Counted from the stretch's first letter, positions 33,316 to 41,980 are shown. The stretch is DNA of 64,000 nucleotides from Thiobacillus sp. 0-1251 (GCF_001899305.1 NZ_MKWL01000020.1), one strand, 5' to 3'. Notes: a model not told the origin generated them from the sequence alone. A program made the numbers and translations.

Positions 33316-33918
33316 ATGTTGAAACTCTATGACCGCGAGACGTCCGGGAACGCCTACAAGATCCGTTTGCTGCTGTCTTTTCTGGACATCCCGCATGAAC
33401 GTATACCGGTATCCATCAAGGATGGCCGGAACCAGGTGGATGACGCCTATCTGACGCTGAATCCGCGCGGGCAGATTCCCACTATTCAGGAGGACGAATT
33501 CAGCCTCTGGGGGTCGACCGCCATTCTGTGTTACTTGGCGTCGCGTTACGACAAGACGGCGTGCTGGCTGCCCCGCGATCCTGCGCAGTTCGGCCAGGTG
33601 ATGCAGTGGCTCGAACTCGCTCAGAATGAGATACAGACGGGCCTGTTTCGCGCCCGTGCAATCGTTCACCTGGGGCTTGCGGGTGATCTCGATGCTGCGC
33701 ATCAGGCTGCCGGGCAGGCGCTTGGCGTGCTGGAGTCTCGTCTCGGCATAGCGCAGTGGTTGGCCGGCTCTGCCCCAACCATTGCCGACATCGCCTGTTT
33801 CCCCTACGTCGCGCTTGCCGGAGAGGGCCGTGTGGATACGTCGCAGTATGTGGGCGTGTGTCGCTGGATTGCCGATTTCAAGGCGCTGGACCGATTCGTC
33901 GGCATGCCCGGGATTTAG
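33316..33918 (+). CDS. Glutathione S-transferase family protein
   Basis: SGNAYKIRLLL, LNPRGQIP, STAILCYLA and TIADIACFPYV motifs; GAGGA SD. Confidence 0.92.
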   Translation: MLKLYDRETSGNAYKIRLLLSFLDIPHERIPVSIKDGRNQVDDAYLTLNPRGQIPTIQEDEFSLWGSTAILCYLASRYDKTACWLPRDPAQFGQVMQWLELAQNEIQTGLFRARAIVHLGLAGDLDAAHQAAGQALGVLESRLGIAQWLAGSAPTIADIACFPYVALAGEGRVDTSQYVGVCRWIADFKALDRFVGMPGI

Positions 33919-33978
33919 GGGCTGGTCGTTTTGTTGCGTCAGGGAGCTGACCAATAGGTTCTGCAAGCCCGCGTTGAA

Positions 33979-34827
33979 TTACTCCAGCGCCTGCAACCGT
34001 AACTGGCGTGCCGCCTCTTCATCGCGCGCATCATCAATCTCCCGCATCACGCCTTCCAGATCAACTTCCGGCAACGTGCATTCATACCGGCCGGTGAGCT
34101 CGGTCTCGGGATGCAGGTTGCCGTGCTCGTACAGCGCCCAGATTTCCTCGGCGTATTGCGTGGCCAGTAGCGCCGGTGCGAATTGGCCAAAGTATCCTCT
34201 CAGGTTGTTCACGTCACGCGCCAGCATAGCCTGGGCGTGGTTGTTGCCGGCTGCGTCGACCGCCTGCGGCAGGTCGATGATCACCGGCCCGTCGGAGTCG
34301 ATGAGAATGTTGAACTCGGACAGGTCGCCGTGGACGACGCCGGCGCACAGCATGCGCACCACTTCCCTGATCAGGGTGCGGTGGTGGGCGAGCGCTTCTT
34401 CCTCGCTCAATGACACGTCGTTGAGCCGGGGCGCCGCATTGCCTTCGGCATCGGCCACCAGTTCCATCAGCAGCACGCCTTCATGGAAGTTGTACGGCGT
34501 GGGCACGCGCACGCCGGCGGCAGCGAGCCGGTACAGCGCATCGACCTCGGCGCTTTGCCACGCGGCTTCCTGCATTTCGCGGCCGTATTTGCTGCCCTTG
34601 GCCATGGCGCGCGCCTGGCGGCTGTTCTTGGTCTTGCGGTTTTCGGTGTAGTCGACGGCCTGGCGGAAGCTGCGCTTGTTGGCTTCCTTGTAGACCTTGG
34701 CGCAGCGGATGTCGTCGCCGCACACGACGACGAAGACCATGGCTTCCTTGCCGCTCATGAGCTGGCGCACGACGCCGTCGATGAGGCCGTCTTCGAGCAG
34801 GGGTTCGAGGCGCTTGGGGATTTTCAT
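33979..34827 (-). CDS. RIO1-like serine/threonine kinase (PA4780 family)
   Basis: QLMSGKEA, AKVYK, VHGDLSEFNIL and IIDLPQ motifs. Confidence 0.9.
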   Translation of the reverse strand: MKIPKRLEPLLEDGLIDGVVRQLMSGKEAMVFVVVCGDDIRCAKVYKEANKRSFRQAVDYTENRKTKNSRQARAMAKGSKYGREMQEAAWQSAEVDALYRLAAAGVRVPTPYNFHEGVLLMELVADAEGNAAPRLNDVSLSEEEALAHHRTLIREVVRMLCAGVVHGDLSEFNILIDSDGPVIIDLPQAVDAAGNNHAQAMLARDVNNLRGYFGQFAPALLATQYAEEIWALYEHGNLHPETELTGRYECTLPEVDLEGVMREIDDARDEEAARQLRLQALE

Positions 34828-34838
34828 CGGCTACAGTT

Positions 34839-36557
34839 CTAGCCGCGCACCTTGCGGTACGCCTCCAGCAGGCGCTGATGGATCGCGCTTCCCTCGAAGT
34901 CGTCGCCCAGCTTGGTCAACCCGAAGAAGCGCTCATCCTGGTTGAACAGCGCGAACGCCTGTTCCAGTGTCTCGCGGCCGTACATCAGTGCCAGTGCGGG
35001 CTCGAAGGGGCCGGGGTCGCCGAGCCGGACGAGGTCGGCGATGCAACGGTAGACCTTGAGGCGCGCTTCGCTGCGCTGGCCATACTGGGCGATCCAGGTG
35101 CAGCCTTCGAGAATGGCGTCGTCGTCGCCGAGGGCCAGCGCGAGCAGCAGCTTGACCTCGCCGACGCGGATGTCGGTCCACGGCGAATCGGCGTCGGGCG
35201 CAAGGCCGATCAGCACGGTCACGAGGCGGTCGTCGGCGAGTTCGAGCGCATCTATCAGATCCAATAGTCCGGCGCATTCGTCATCGGTCAGTTCGGGCAG
35301 GCGCGCGAGTGCCGGACGGAGCAGGTTGCCGACGCTGTTGTTCTCGAATTCGAGTTCCTCGACCGGATAGATCTCGGACACGCCGGGTACCAGGATGCGG
35401 CAGGCGTAGACGCCCAGATGTTCGAAGTCGGCGATGTAGATTTCGTGACCTTCGGCGTGCAGGGCATCGACCGACCACGCGTAGTCCTCTTCGGTGGTGG
35501 TGCCGAAGTTCCAGTCGACGAAGTCGAAGTCGGGGGTGTCGCGCAGGAACTGCCAGGAAATCACGCCGCTGGAATCGACGAAGTGGATTTCCAGGTTCTG
35601 CGGGTCGGCGATTTCGGTCTGGTCGAAGCCGGGGGCAGGGAAGCCCGCCAGCGAATCGAGCGCGCGGCCCTGCAATAATTCAGTCAATGCGCGTTCCAGC
35701 GCGACTTCGAAACGCGGGTGCGCGCCGAAGCTGGCAAAGCAGCCCTGGTCGTGCGGATGCAGCAGGGTGACGTTCATCACCGGATAGCGGCCGCCGAGCG
35801 AGGCGTCCTTCACCAGGATGCCGAATCCGGCTTCGCGCAGGCCGCGGATGCCGGCGGCGATGTGCGGGTAGCGGGCAATCACGTCCTCGGGCACGTCGGG
35901 CAGGCACAGGCCTTCCTCGATGATGCGGAACTTGATGTGGCGCTCGAAGATTTCCGACAGCGCCTGGGTGCGTGCTTCCATCAGCGTGTTGCCGGCCGAC
36001 ATGCCGTTGCTGACGTAGAGGTTGCCGATGAGGTTGACCGGGAAATACACGGTCTTGCCATCGGAAAGCCGTTGGTAGGGGATGGCGCAGATGCCGCGCT
36101 CGGTGTTGCCGGAGTTGAGGTCGATCAGCTGGTCGGCGCGCACGCGCTCATCGGGGTTGTAAAGGCCATGCAGCGCGGGAGTAAGCAGGTCGGTCGGCCA
36201 GGCATCGTCGCCGCCGTCGAGCGCAAACCAGCGTTCGTCGGGGTGGTGGACGTAGCTGCGGTTGGCGATCGTCTCGCCCAGATAGAAATGGGTCCAGAAA
36301 TAATTGGTCGACAGCCGTTCGAAGTACTCGCCCAGGGCGCTCGCCCGTGCCGCCAGTTCCGAGCCGCCCTTGCCGTTGGTGAACAGCAGCGGGCAGTCGC
36401 GGTCGCGGATGTGCACCGACCACACGCCTTCCACAGGATTGAGCCAGGAACGCTCCTCGATGTGGAAGCCGAGGGCTTCGAGCTTGGATTGCAGGGTGGC
36501 GATCGACGCTTCGAGCGAAGCATCCTTGCCGGGAATGAAGTGTTCGGTGGCGGACAT
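34839..36557 (-). CDS. ycaO: YcaO family ATP-dependent backbone-modifying enzyme (E. coli YcaO type)
   Basis: FIPGKDASLE N-terminus; TNGKG...SALGEYFER and SNGMSAGN...QALSEIFER ATP-binding motifs. Confidence 0.92.
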   Translation of the reverse strand: MSATEHFIPGKDASLEASIATLQSKLEALGFHIEERSWLNPVEGVWSVHIRDRDCPLLFTNGKGGSELAARASALGEYFERLSTNYFWTHFYLGETIANRSYVHHPDERWFALDGGDDAWPTDLLTPALHGLYNPDERVRADQLIDLNSGNTERGICAIPYQRLSDGKTVYFPVNLIGNLYVSNGMSAGNTLMEARTQALSEIFERHIKFRIIEEGLCLPDVPEDVIARYPHIAAGIRGLREAGFGILVKDASLGGRYPVMNVTLLHPHDQGCFASFGAHPRFEVALERALTELLQGRALDSLAGFPAPGFDQTEIADPQNLEIHFVDSSGVISWQFLRDTPDFDFVDWNFGTTTEEDYAWSVDALHAEGHEIYIADFEHLGVYACRILVPGVSEIYPVEELEFENNSVGNLLRPALARLPELTDDECAGLLDLIDALELADDRLVTVLIGLAPDADSPWTDIRVGEVKLLLALALGDDDAILEGCTWIAQYGQRSEARLKVYRCIADLVRLGDPGPFEPALALMYGRETLEQAFALFNQDERFFGLTKLGDDFEGSAIHQRLLEAYRKVRG

Positions 36558-36670
36558 GGGGCAGCTGTTTTCTTGTGCAGTCGACAGCATAAGCGATGCG
36601 TCAAGCACGGCGTAAAATGAATCCGGTCGATTCCTTCGTCGCGGGCCGCAAGGACTGCGATTCCCGTCCT

Positions 36671-37339
36671 ATGTCGAGTCGTGCCGTCCTGTTGCTTGTG
36701 TGCTTGTCCGGTCTTGCCTGCGCAGGGCCGGCCGTGGCGGCCGAGACCTTCGGTCTGGAGGGTGACCAGGCCGCCTTGGCGGCGCGGGCCCAGGTCGAAT
36801 GGGTCGAACAGGCCCAAGCTCTGGAAAGGCGTGCCGACTGGTCGGGTTTGCTGGCATGGGGCCAGGATTGGGCGCGGGTCGATGCGAGGAATCCGCTAGC
36901 CTGGTTCGTCCAGGGACGCGCGCTGGGTGAACTGGGACGCTTCGACGAGGCGATCGCGGCGTATCGGCACAATCTCAGCCTGGCTCCGGGCGACGTGCTG
37001 GCCCGCAACAATCTGGGCAATGCCTGGCGTGACAGCGGACACGCGCATGAGGCGATGCGGGCCTATCGCGCCGCGGTGGAGATCGATCCCGACTATCTCC
37101 CAGCCTGGCAGAACCTGGGTTTGACGTTTTATCGGGTGAAAGGCCAGGCAGGAGTGACGCAGGCCCTGCAAAAATTGCAGGCGCTCGATCCGAAACTGGC
37201 CGATGTCTGGCGCGCGCTCGCGGTCGAGTACTCGGTTACGGGCGATGCGCGTGTCGCCCGCGAGGCAATTCGGGTTTGGCGCGGATTGAGCAAGGCCCGA
37301 CGGACACGCATGTTCGGGATCCTGCTTGACGAGGGCTGA
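36671..37339 (+). CDS. Exported TPR protein
   Basis: Hydrophobic signal-like N-terminus; TPR repeats (AWFVQGRAL, ARNNLGNA, AWQNLG). Start uncertain. Confidence 0.75.
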   Translation: MSSRAVLLLVCLSGLACAGPAVAAETFGLEGDQAALAARAQVEWVEQAQALERRADWSGLLAWGQDWARVDARNPLAWFVQGRALGELGRFDEAIAAYRHNLSLAPGDVLARNNLGNAWRDSGHAHEAMRAYRAAVEIDPDYLPAWQNLGLTFYRVKGQAGVTQALQKLQALDPKLADVWRALAVEYSVTGDARVAREAIRVWRGLSKARRTRMFGILLDEG

Positions 37340-37364
37340 GCCGGCTGATCAAACGGTGTCGGGG

Positions 37365-38324
37365 CTACGCCGGGTTTTGCTCGAATTCCGCGACCACCTG
37401 GCGCAGCCGGCTGGCTTCCTGCTCGGGGCGCATCAGGCTGCGCCGGGTCGCGGCATGGTCGAGCAGGTCGGCATAGAACGCAGGATCGCGCTCGGCCATC
37501 GCCATCAGTCGGGCCAGCTGCCGTTCATCGCCCACCGGAAAATAGCCGGGATAGTCCTGGCCGAGCATGCCGATATTGCCCGGCATGTGCGATGCCAGCA
37601 CCGGCACCCCGGCCGCCAGCGCCTCGCAGATCACGTTGGCGCCGCCTTCCATCACCGAACTGATGACCATGAGATGCGCGCGCGACAGGTGCTTCAGTAC
37701 GGTCTTGTGCGGCACCTGGCCGAGCCAGTGCCAGCGTGGCAGCTTGGCCTGCGCCATTTCGGCCGTCTGCGCCATGTCCTCGGACAGGGCGCTGCCGAGG
37801 TGGGTGACCTGGATCTGCGAATGCTCGGGCAGATAGGCGGTGGCGAGCGCGACGCGGAACGGGTCCTTCTCCTCGCGCAGATGACCGATCACCAGCACCT
37901 CGAAGGCCTTGGAGGCGGGCGGGCGGCGGGGTATGTCGGGCGACGACTGGTAGATCACCCGCGTCTTGGCGGCCAGATGCGGTGCCAGTTCGTCGGGACC
38001 GCGATCCTGCAGCACGATGAGCCGGTGCGCGAGTTCGAGCGCCTGCTGGGCGTTGGCATCCTCATGAATGTCGCGATACAGATCGGTACCGGTGAGCGCG
38101 AGCAGCAGCGGCCGGGTCGGAAAACGCTCGGCAAAGGCGCGTATCGAGGCAAAGCTGCGCCGAGCGTGCAGTGCCAGCATCAGATCCGCCGGGCGGCCGT
38201 CCCATTCCACCTGTACCCGCACCGCGTGTCCGGCCTCGCGCAGGAAGCGCGCCCAGCGCGAGGCTGTGTGCCAGTTGCCGTTGCGATGCTCGCGGCCATA
38301 CGGGGTGATGAGGGCGATGCGCAT
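37365..38324 (-). CDS. senB: SenB-like glycosyltransferase (selenosugar synthase family, TIGR04348-like)
   Basis: NGNWHTASRW, LALHARRS, LTGTDLYRDI, GHLREEKDPF and MEGGANV motifs. Confidence 0.8.
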   Translation of the reverse strand: MRIALITPYGREHRNGNWHTASRWARFLREAGHAVRVQVEWDGRPADLMLALHARRSFASIRAFAERFPTRPLLLALTGTDLYRDIHEDANAQQALELAHRLIVLQDRGPDELAPHLAAKTRVIYQSSPDIPRRPPASKAFEVLVIGHLREEKDPFRVALATAYLPEHSQIQVTHLGSALSEDMAQTAEMAQAKLPRWHWLGQVPHKTVLKHLSRAHLMVISSVMEGGANVICEALAAGVPVLASHMPGNIGMLGQDYPGYFPVGDERQLARLMAMAERDPAFYADLLDHAATRRSLMRPEQEASRLRQVVAEFEQNPA

Positions 38325-38369
38325 GGTGTGAGTGTACGCCCGAGAAGACGAATCGCGGATAATCCTGGC
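38325..38369. promoter_or_regulatory. 45-bp bidirectional promoter region with a -10 box 6 nt before each ATG
   Basis: Minus strand TACACT (38331-36)-6 nt-ATG of senB; plus strand GATAAT (38358-63)-6 nt-ATG of trmH-like. No SD on either side. Confidence 0.5.
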
Positions 38370-39149
38370 ATGACCGAAACCGTCATTTCCTCACGCGACA
38401 ACCCTCTCTTCAAACGGCTGAAAAAACTTGCCGACTCGGCCCGCGCGCGTCGCGAGGCCCGGATGACCCTGCTCGACGGCGAGCATTTGCTGGCGGCCTA
38501 TCTCGATGCCGGCGGCCAGCCGCATACGCTGGTGCGCGCGGCCTCGTTGGATGCCGGCCGCTTCGAACGGTTGGCCGGGCAGTGTCCGCACGCCAAGGCC
38601 GTCGAGCTGTCGGACGCGCTGTTTGCCGAACTCGCGCCGGTTGCGACGCCGACCGGCCTGCTTGCCGAGGCTGCCTGGCTCGCACCGCCGGCCATCGAGG
38701 CCACGCCGCTCGTCATCGTGCTGGAAGACATCCAGGATCCAGGCAATCTCGGTTCGATGTTGCGTACCGGCGCCGCGGCAGGGGCGACCTTGGCCGTGCT
38801 GTCGAAAGGCTGCCACGATCCATGGTCGCCCAAGGCGCTGCGTGGCGGGCAGGGCGCGCAGTTCGTGCTGCCGCTCGTCAGCGGCGTCGATATCGTGGAC
38901 TGGCTGGCAGGTTTCGAAGGAGAGAGCCTTGCGCTCGCGCTGGCCGAGGACGGCAACCTGTATGCGCATGCATTGACCGGCGCGTTGGCCTTGATCGTGG
39001 GCAACGAAGGCGCGGGTCTGTCGCAGGCGGTGTGTGCCGCCGCAAGTGCCGCGATACGCATTCCGATGCCGGGCAGGATCGAATCTCTGAATGCGGCGGC
39101 GGCCCTGGCCGTGGCCGTGTTCGAGGCGGCCCGGCAGCGGGCCACCTAG
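38370..39149 (+). CDS. TrmH/SpoU family RNA methyltransferase
   Basis: LEDIQDPGNLGSMLRT, GNEGAG and ESLNAA motifs. Confidence 0.92.
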   Translation: MTETVISSRDNPLFKRLKKLADSARARREARMTLLDGEHLLAAYLDAGGQPHTLVRAASLDAGRFERLAGQCPHAKAVELSDALFAELAPVATPTGLLAEAAWLAPPAIEATPLVIVLEDIQDPGNLGSMLRTGAAAGATLAVLSKGCHDPWSPKALRGGQGAQFVLPLVSGVDIVDWLAGFEGESLALALAEDGNLYAHALTGALALIVGNEGAGLSQAVCAAASAAIRIPMPGRIESLNAAAALAVAVFEAARQRAT

Positions 39150-39162
39150 GGCCGCATGGGTG

Positions 39163-39462
39163 TCAGCAGGATAAGGCGCGTGCGCCGGCGCGGCGATCCA
39201 TCTGGATTCGCAGCTGGTTCGCCTGGGCGAACCCCATGACATAGTCGTAGGCGGCCGGGTCGGCGGCTTTCAGCCAGCGTGCGACGATCAGGCAGTATTC
39301 CCCTTCGATCATGCAGGGCTGGACGCCCGATGAATAGCGCAGGCGGTTGTCAGGATGAAAGCTGGCCAGTGTGGACGACAGGCGTTCGGCCCAGTCCGAC
39401 GGGCGGAATTTTTTTCCATTTTCCTGTATGCCGGTGATGACCAGATTGTCTTCGGATAGCAT
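39163..39462 (-). CDS. DUF3579 family protein
   Basis: ITGIQENGKKFRPSDWAERL motif; GGGAG SD before ATG 39462. Confidence 0.82.
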   Translation of the reverse strand: MLSEDNLVITGIQENGKKFRPSDWAERLSSTLASFHPDNRLRYSSGVQPCMIEGEYCLIVARWLKAADPAAYDYVMGFAQANQLRIQMDRRAGARALSC

Positions 39463-39572
39463 CCGCTCTCCCATTCGCGAAGGGTCGCCCCTGCTGATTC
39501 GGCCCGGTTTCGCGTTTCTTTAACGGAAACGCGGATTGGGCCGTCCGGGGACGGCTGCCGCAGCCGACAGGC

Positions 39573-41606
39573 TCAAACCTGGTCGAATTCCCTCAGCCAG
39601 TCGCGATCCAGCAGGGCGGCGATTTCATCTGCAGGCACCGGCCGGCTGATGAAATACCCCTGCACGATCTGGCAGCCGAGTTTACGCAGGACGTCGAGCT
39701 GTTCCCGGTTCTCCACGCCTTCGGCGACGGTGCCGAGTTTCAGTCCCCGGCACAGGGCGAGAATCGAGCCGATGAGCGCTTCGTTGATCGGGGCGTGCGG
39801 GATGTCCTTGACGAAATAACGGTCGATCTTGAGGATGTCGAGCGGGAATCGCTTGAGGTGAGCCAAGGACGAATAGCCAGTTCCGAAGTCGTCGATGGCC
39901 ACGGCCACGCCCAGCGCCTTCAAGGCCAGGATGAGGGAGACGGCCGCCTCGACATCCTGCATGAAAATGCCTTCGGTCAGTTCGAGATGCAGCGAGTGCG
40001 GCGGCAGGCCGGACTGCTCCAGGGCCTCGCGGACATCGGTAACCAGATTGCCGTGCCAGAACTCCTTGCCCGATATGTTGACGGCCACATCCAAGTCGAC
40101 GAAGCCGGCGGCATGCCAGCTTGCCGTCTGGAAGCAGGCCGACCTCAGCAGCGTGCGGCCGACTTTGACGATGCCGCCGCTTTCTTCCAGCAGTTCGAGG
40201 AAAACCGCCGGGCTGAGCAGGCCCTTGCCGGGGTGATTCCAGCGGATCAGCGCCTCGACACCCTGAATGCGCCCTGTCTCCAGGTTGAGCTTGGGCTGGT
40301 AGTGGAACAGGAATTCATCCCGTTCCAGCGCGTAGTGCAGTTCGGTTTCCAGTTGCAGCCGTTCTTCAGCCATGGTGTTCATGGCGGCGTCATAGAGCTG
40401 GAAGCGATTCCGGCCGCCGTTCTTGGCGGTGAATGCCGCCGTGTCGGCATGCTTCAGCAGGCTGGTGCCGTCGCTGCCGTCGTTCGGATAGACACTGACG
40501 CCGATGCTGCAACTGGAAAACAGTTCGCGTTCTGCGATTCGATAGGGTTCGCTTACGACGCCGAGGATTTTTTCCACCACTTGTAGAACTTGACTGATCC
40601 GGGCGACATCGATGACCACGCCGAATTCGTCGCCGCCCAGCCGGGCGACGACATCCTCGGCACGCGTGGTCGCGCGCAGGCGCTGCGCAACTTCGCAAAT
40701 GAGCGCGTCGCCGCTGGCGTGGCCGAGGGTGTCGTTGACGCGCTTGAAACGATCCAGGTCGATGAACATCACGCCCACCAGTGTGTTGCGGCGTTGCGCG
40801 CGTACCAGGGATTGTTCCAGGCGGTCCATGAACAGCATGCGATTGGGCAGGCCAGTCAAGACGTCATGCGTGGCAAGATGGTGGCGTTCGCGGCTGGCCC
40901 GCTTGGTGTAATACATGACCGCAGCAGCGACGAACATGCCCAGCAACAGGGCGATCCCCGACAGGAGATACATCCAGAAGCGCGCCACTTCGTGCGCCTG
41001 ATGCGCCTTGCGGCTGGCTTCCAGTGCAAGCTTCTGGGTTTCGGTGTCGAGCAGTGAGAGTACGCTCAGGACGTTGTTCTGTGCCGGGATGGCACTGCTG
41101 AGGACCCGCTCTTCGGCCCTTTGGTCGGAATCGCTGTTCAGCGCATCGACAACCCGATTCTGCATCGGCCGGGCGATGCTGGTCAGGCGTCCCTGCAGGT
41201 CGATGAGTTCGTGTTCGCGCGGGCTCAGGGGCATGCCCAACAGTGCCATTCGGGCATCGGCAAACTCCGCTCCGCGCTGGTTGAACTGTACGAACAGTTG
41301 ATCGCGTTCGAACGGATCGTGGCTCATCGACAACCTGAACATGCTGAGGGTGCGCTCGCGCGCAGCAGTCATCATCGTCTTGGTGAGGCTGAGCTTGCGC
41401 ATATGGACATCGATGACCGTGTCGAGATTGTTGGCGGTCAACCGGAGCTGCTGCAGGCCGATGGTGGTGACGAACAAAATCAGGAACAGCTGGACAATGA
41501 ACCCTGCCAGCAGCACGCGTCGCCAGGTCGCGGGAAGCACGGAATGCCTTGCCGCCGGCACAGGCGTGTTGTCCAGGTCAAGGGCGCGGGTATTCACGCT
41601 GCGCAC
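39573..41606 (-). CDS. Membrane-bound GGDEF-EAL hybrid (c-di-GMP synthase/phosphodiesterase) with periplasmic helical sensor
   Basis: Two TM segments; RAED I-site and GGDEF; EAL, LELTE, DDFGTGYSSL, KIDR, AEGVE and QG motifs. Start uncertain. Confidence 0.93.
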   Translation of the reverse strand: MRSVNTRALDLDNTPVPAARHSVLPATWRRVLLAGFIVQLFLILFVTTIGLQQLRLTANNLDTVIDVHMRKLSLTKTMMTAARERTLSMFRLSMSHDPFERDQLFVQFNQRGAEFADARMALLGMPLSPREHELIDLQGRLTSIARPMQNRVVDALNSDSDQRAEERVLSSAIPAQNNVLSVLSLLDTETQKLALEASRKAHQAHEVARFWMYLLSGIALLLGMFVAAAVMYYTKRASRERHHLATHDVLTGLPNRMLFMDRLEQSLVRAQRRNTLVGVMFIDLDRFKRVNDTLGHASGDALICEVAQRLRATTRAEDVVARLGGDEFGVVIDVARISQVLQVVEKILGVVSEPYRIAERELFSSCSIGVSVYPNDGSDGTSLLKHADTAAFTAKNGGRNRFQLYDAAMNTMAEERLQLETELHYALERDEFLFHYQPKLNLETGRIQGVEALIRWNHPGKGLLSPAVFLELLEESGGIVKVGRTLLRSACFQTASWHAAGFVDLDVAVNISGKEFWHGNLVTDVREALEQSGLPPHSLHLELTEGIFMQDVEAAVSLILALKALGVAVAIDDFGTGYSSLAHLKRFPLDILKIDRYFVKDIPHAPINEALIGSILALCRGLKLGTVAEGVENREQLDVLRKLGCQIVQGYFISRPVPADEIAALLDRDWLREFDQV

Positions 41607-41769
41607 TTTCCGTGAGCGAAACGAAACCGGTCATATGTCCCGTGCGAACTCGAGTCAGGCCGGACCGGGCGTTTGCGTGGCAGGCGAAGGCTGGCATTCG
41701 GGAGAAACAAGGATGTGGCTGGTGTCAGCCTTCCTTTTGATGGTGCGGACAAGTGCGCCGAACCTGTCG

Positions 41770-41850
41770 TCAGCGCTGCCGTGAAGATCGGAATGGACAG
41801 ACTGGTGCCATTTCAGTGTGTGAGCAGGTACGTGGATAGGGGCAAGACAT
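41770..41850 (-). CDS. Putative 26-aa Cys/His-containing small protein, MSCPYPRTCSHTEMAPVCPFRSSRQR
   Basis: CAGGAG SD 7 nt before the ATG, inside a 374-bp otherwise empty intergenic region. Confidence 0.3.
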   Translation of the reverse strand: MSCPYPRTCSHTEMAPVCPFRSSRQR

Positions 41851-41980
41851 CGGGAAACTCCTGATCATTGGATAATTTGGCGGGGCTTGAACGGCGTATA
41901 AACGGGCGCCAGGTCGTTTGTTCAATCGGGTGAAGCGCGCAAAACTTGAGGGCTGGCCCTCGGCCAGGGCAGCGAGATGC

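Noticed and set aside
33938-33951. GTCAG-GGAG-CTGAC hairpin resembling a CsrA/RsmA site
   Set aside because: It lies between convergent 3' ends, not in a leader; more likely a 3' structure.
34839-36557. YcaO as a RiPP (azole/thioamide peptide) cluster
   Set aside because: No precursor peptide, E1/ThiF, TfuA, dehydrogenase or transporter is adjacent; the sequence is the housekeeping E. coli-type without a Pro-rich C-terminus.
32797-39149. Selenocysteine (UGA) read-through near senB or in bcp/GST
   Set aside because: Catalytic positions are ordinary Cys or Ser, the ORFs are full length, and no in-frame UGA interrupts a domain.
41607-41980. c-di-GMP riboswitch upstream of the GGDEF-EAL gene
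   Set aside because: I did not recognise GEMM-type conserved elements on either strand. An Infernal scan is needed to be sure.
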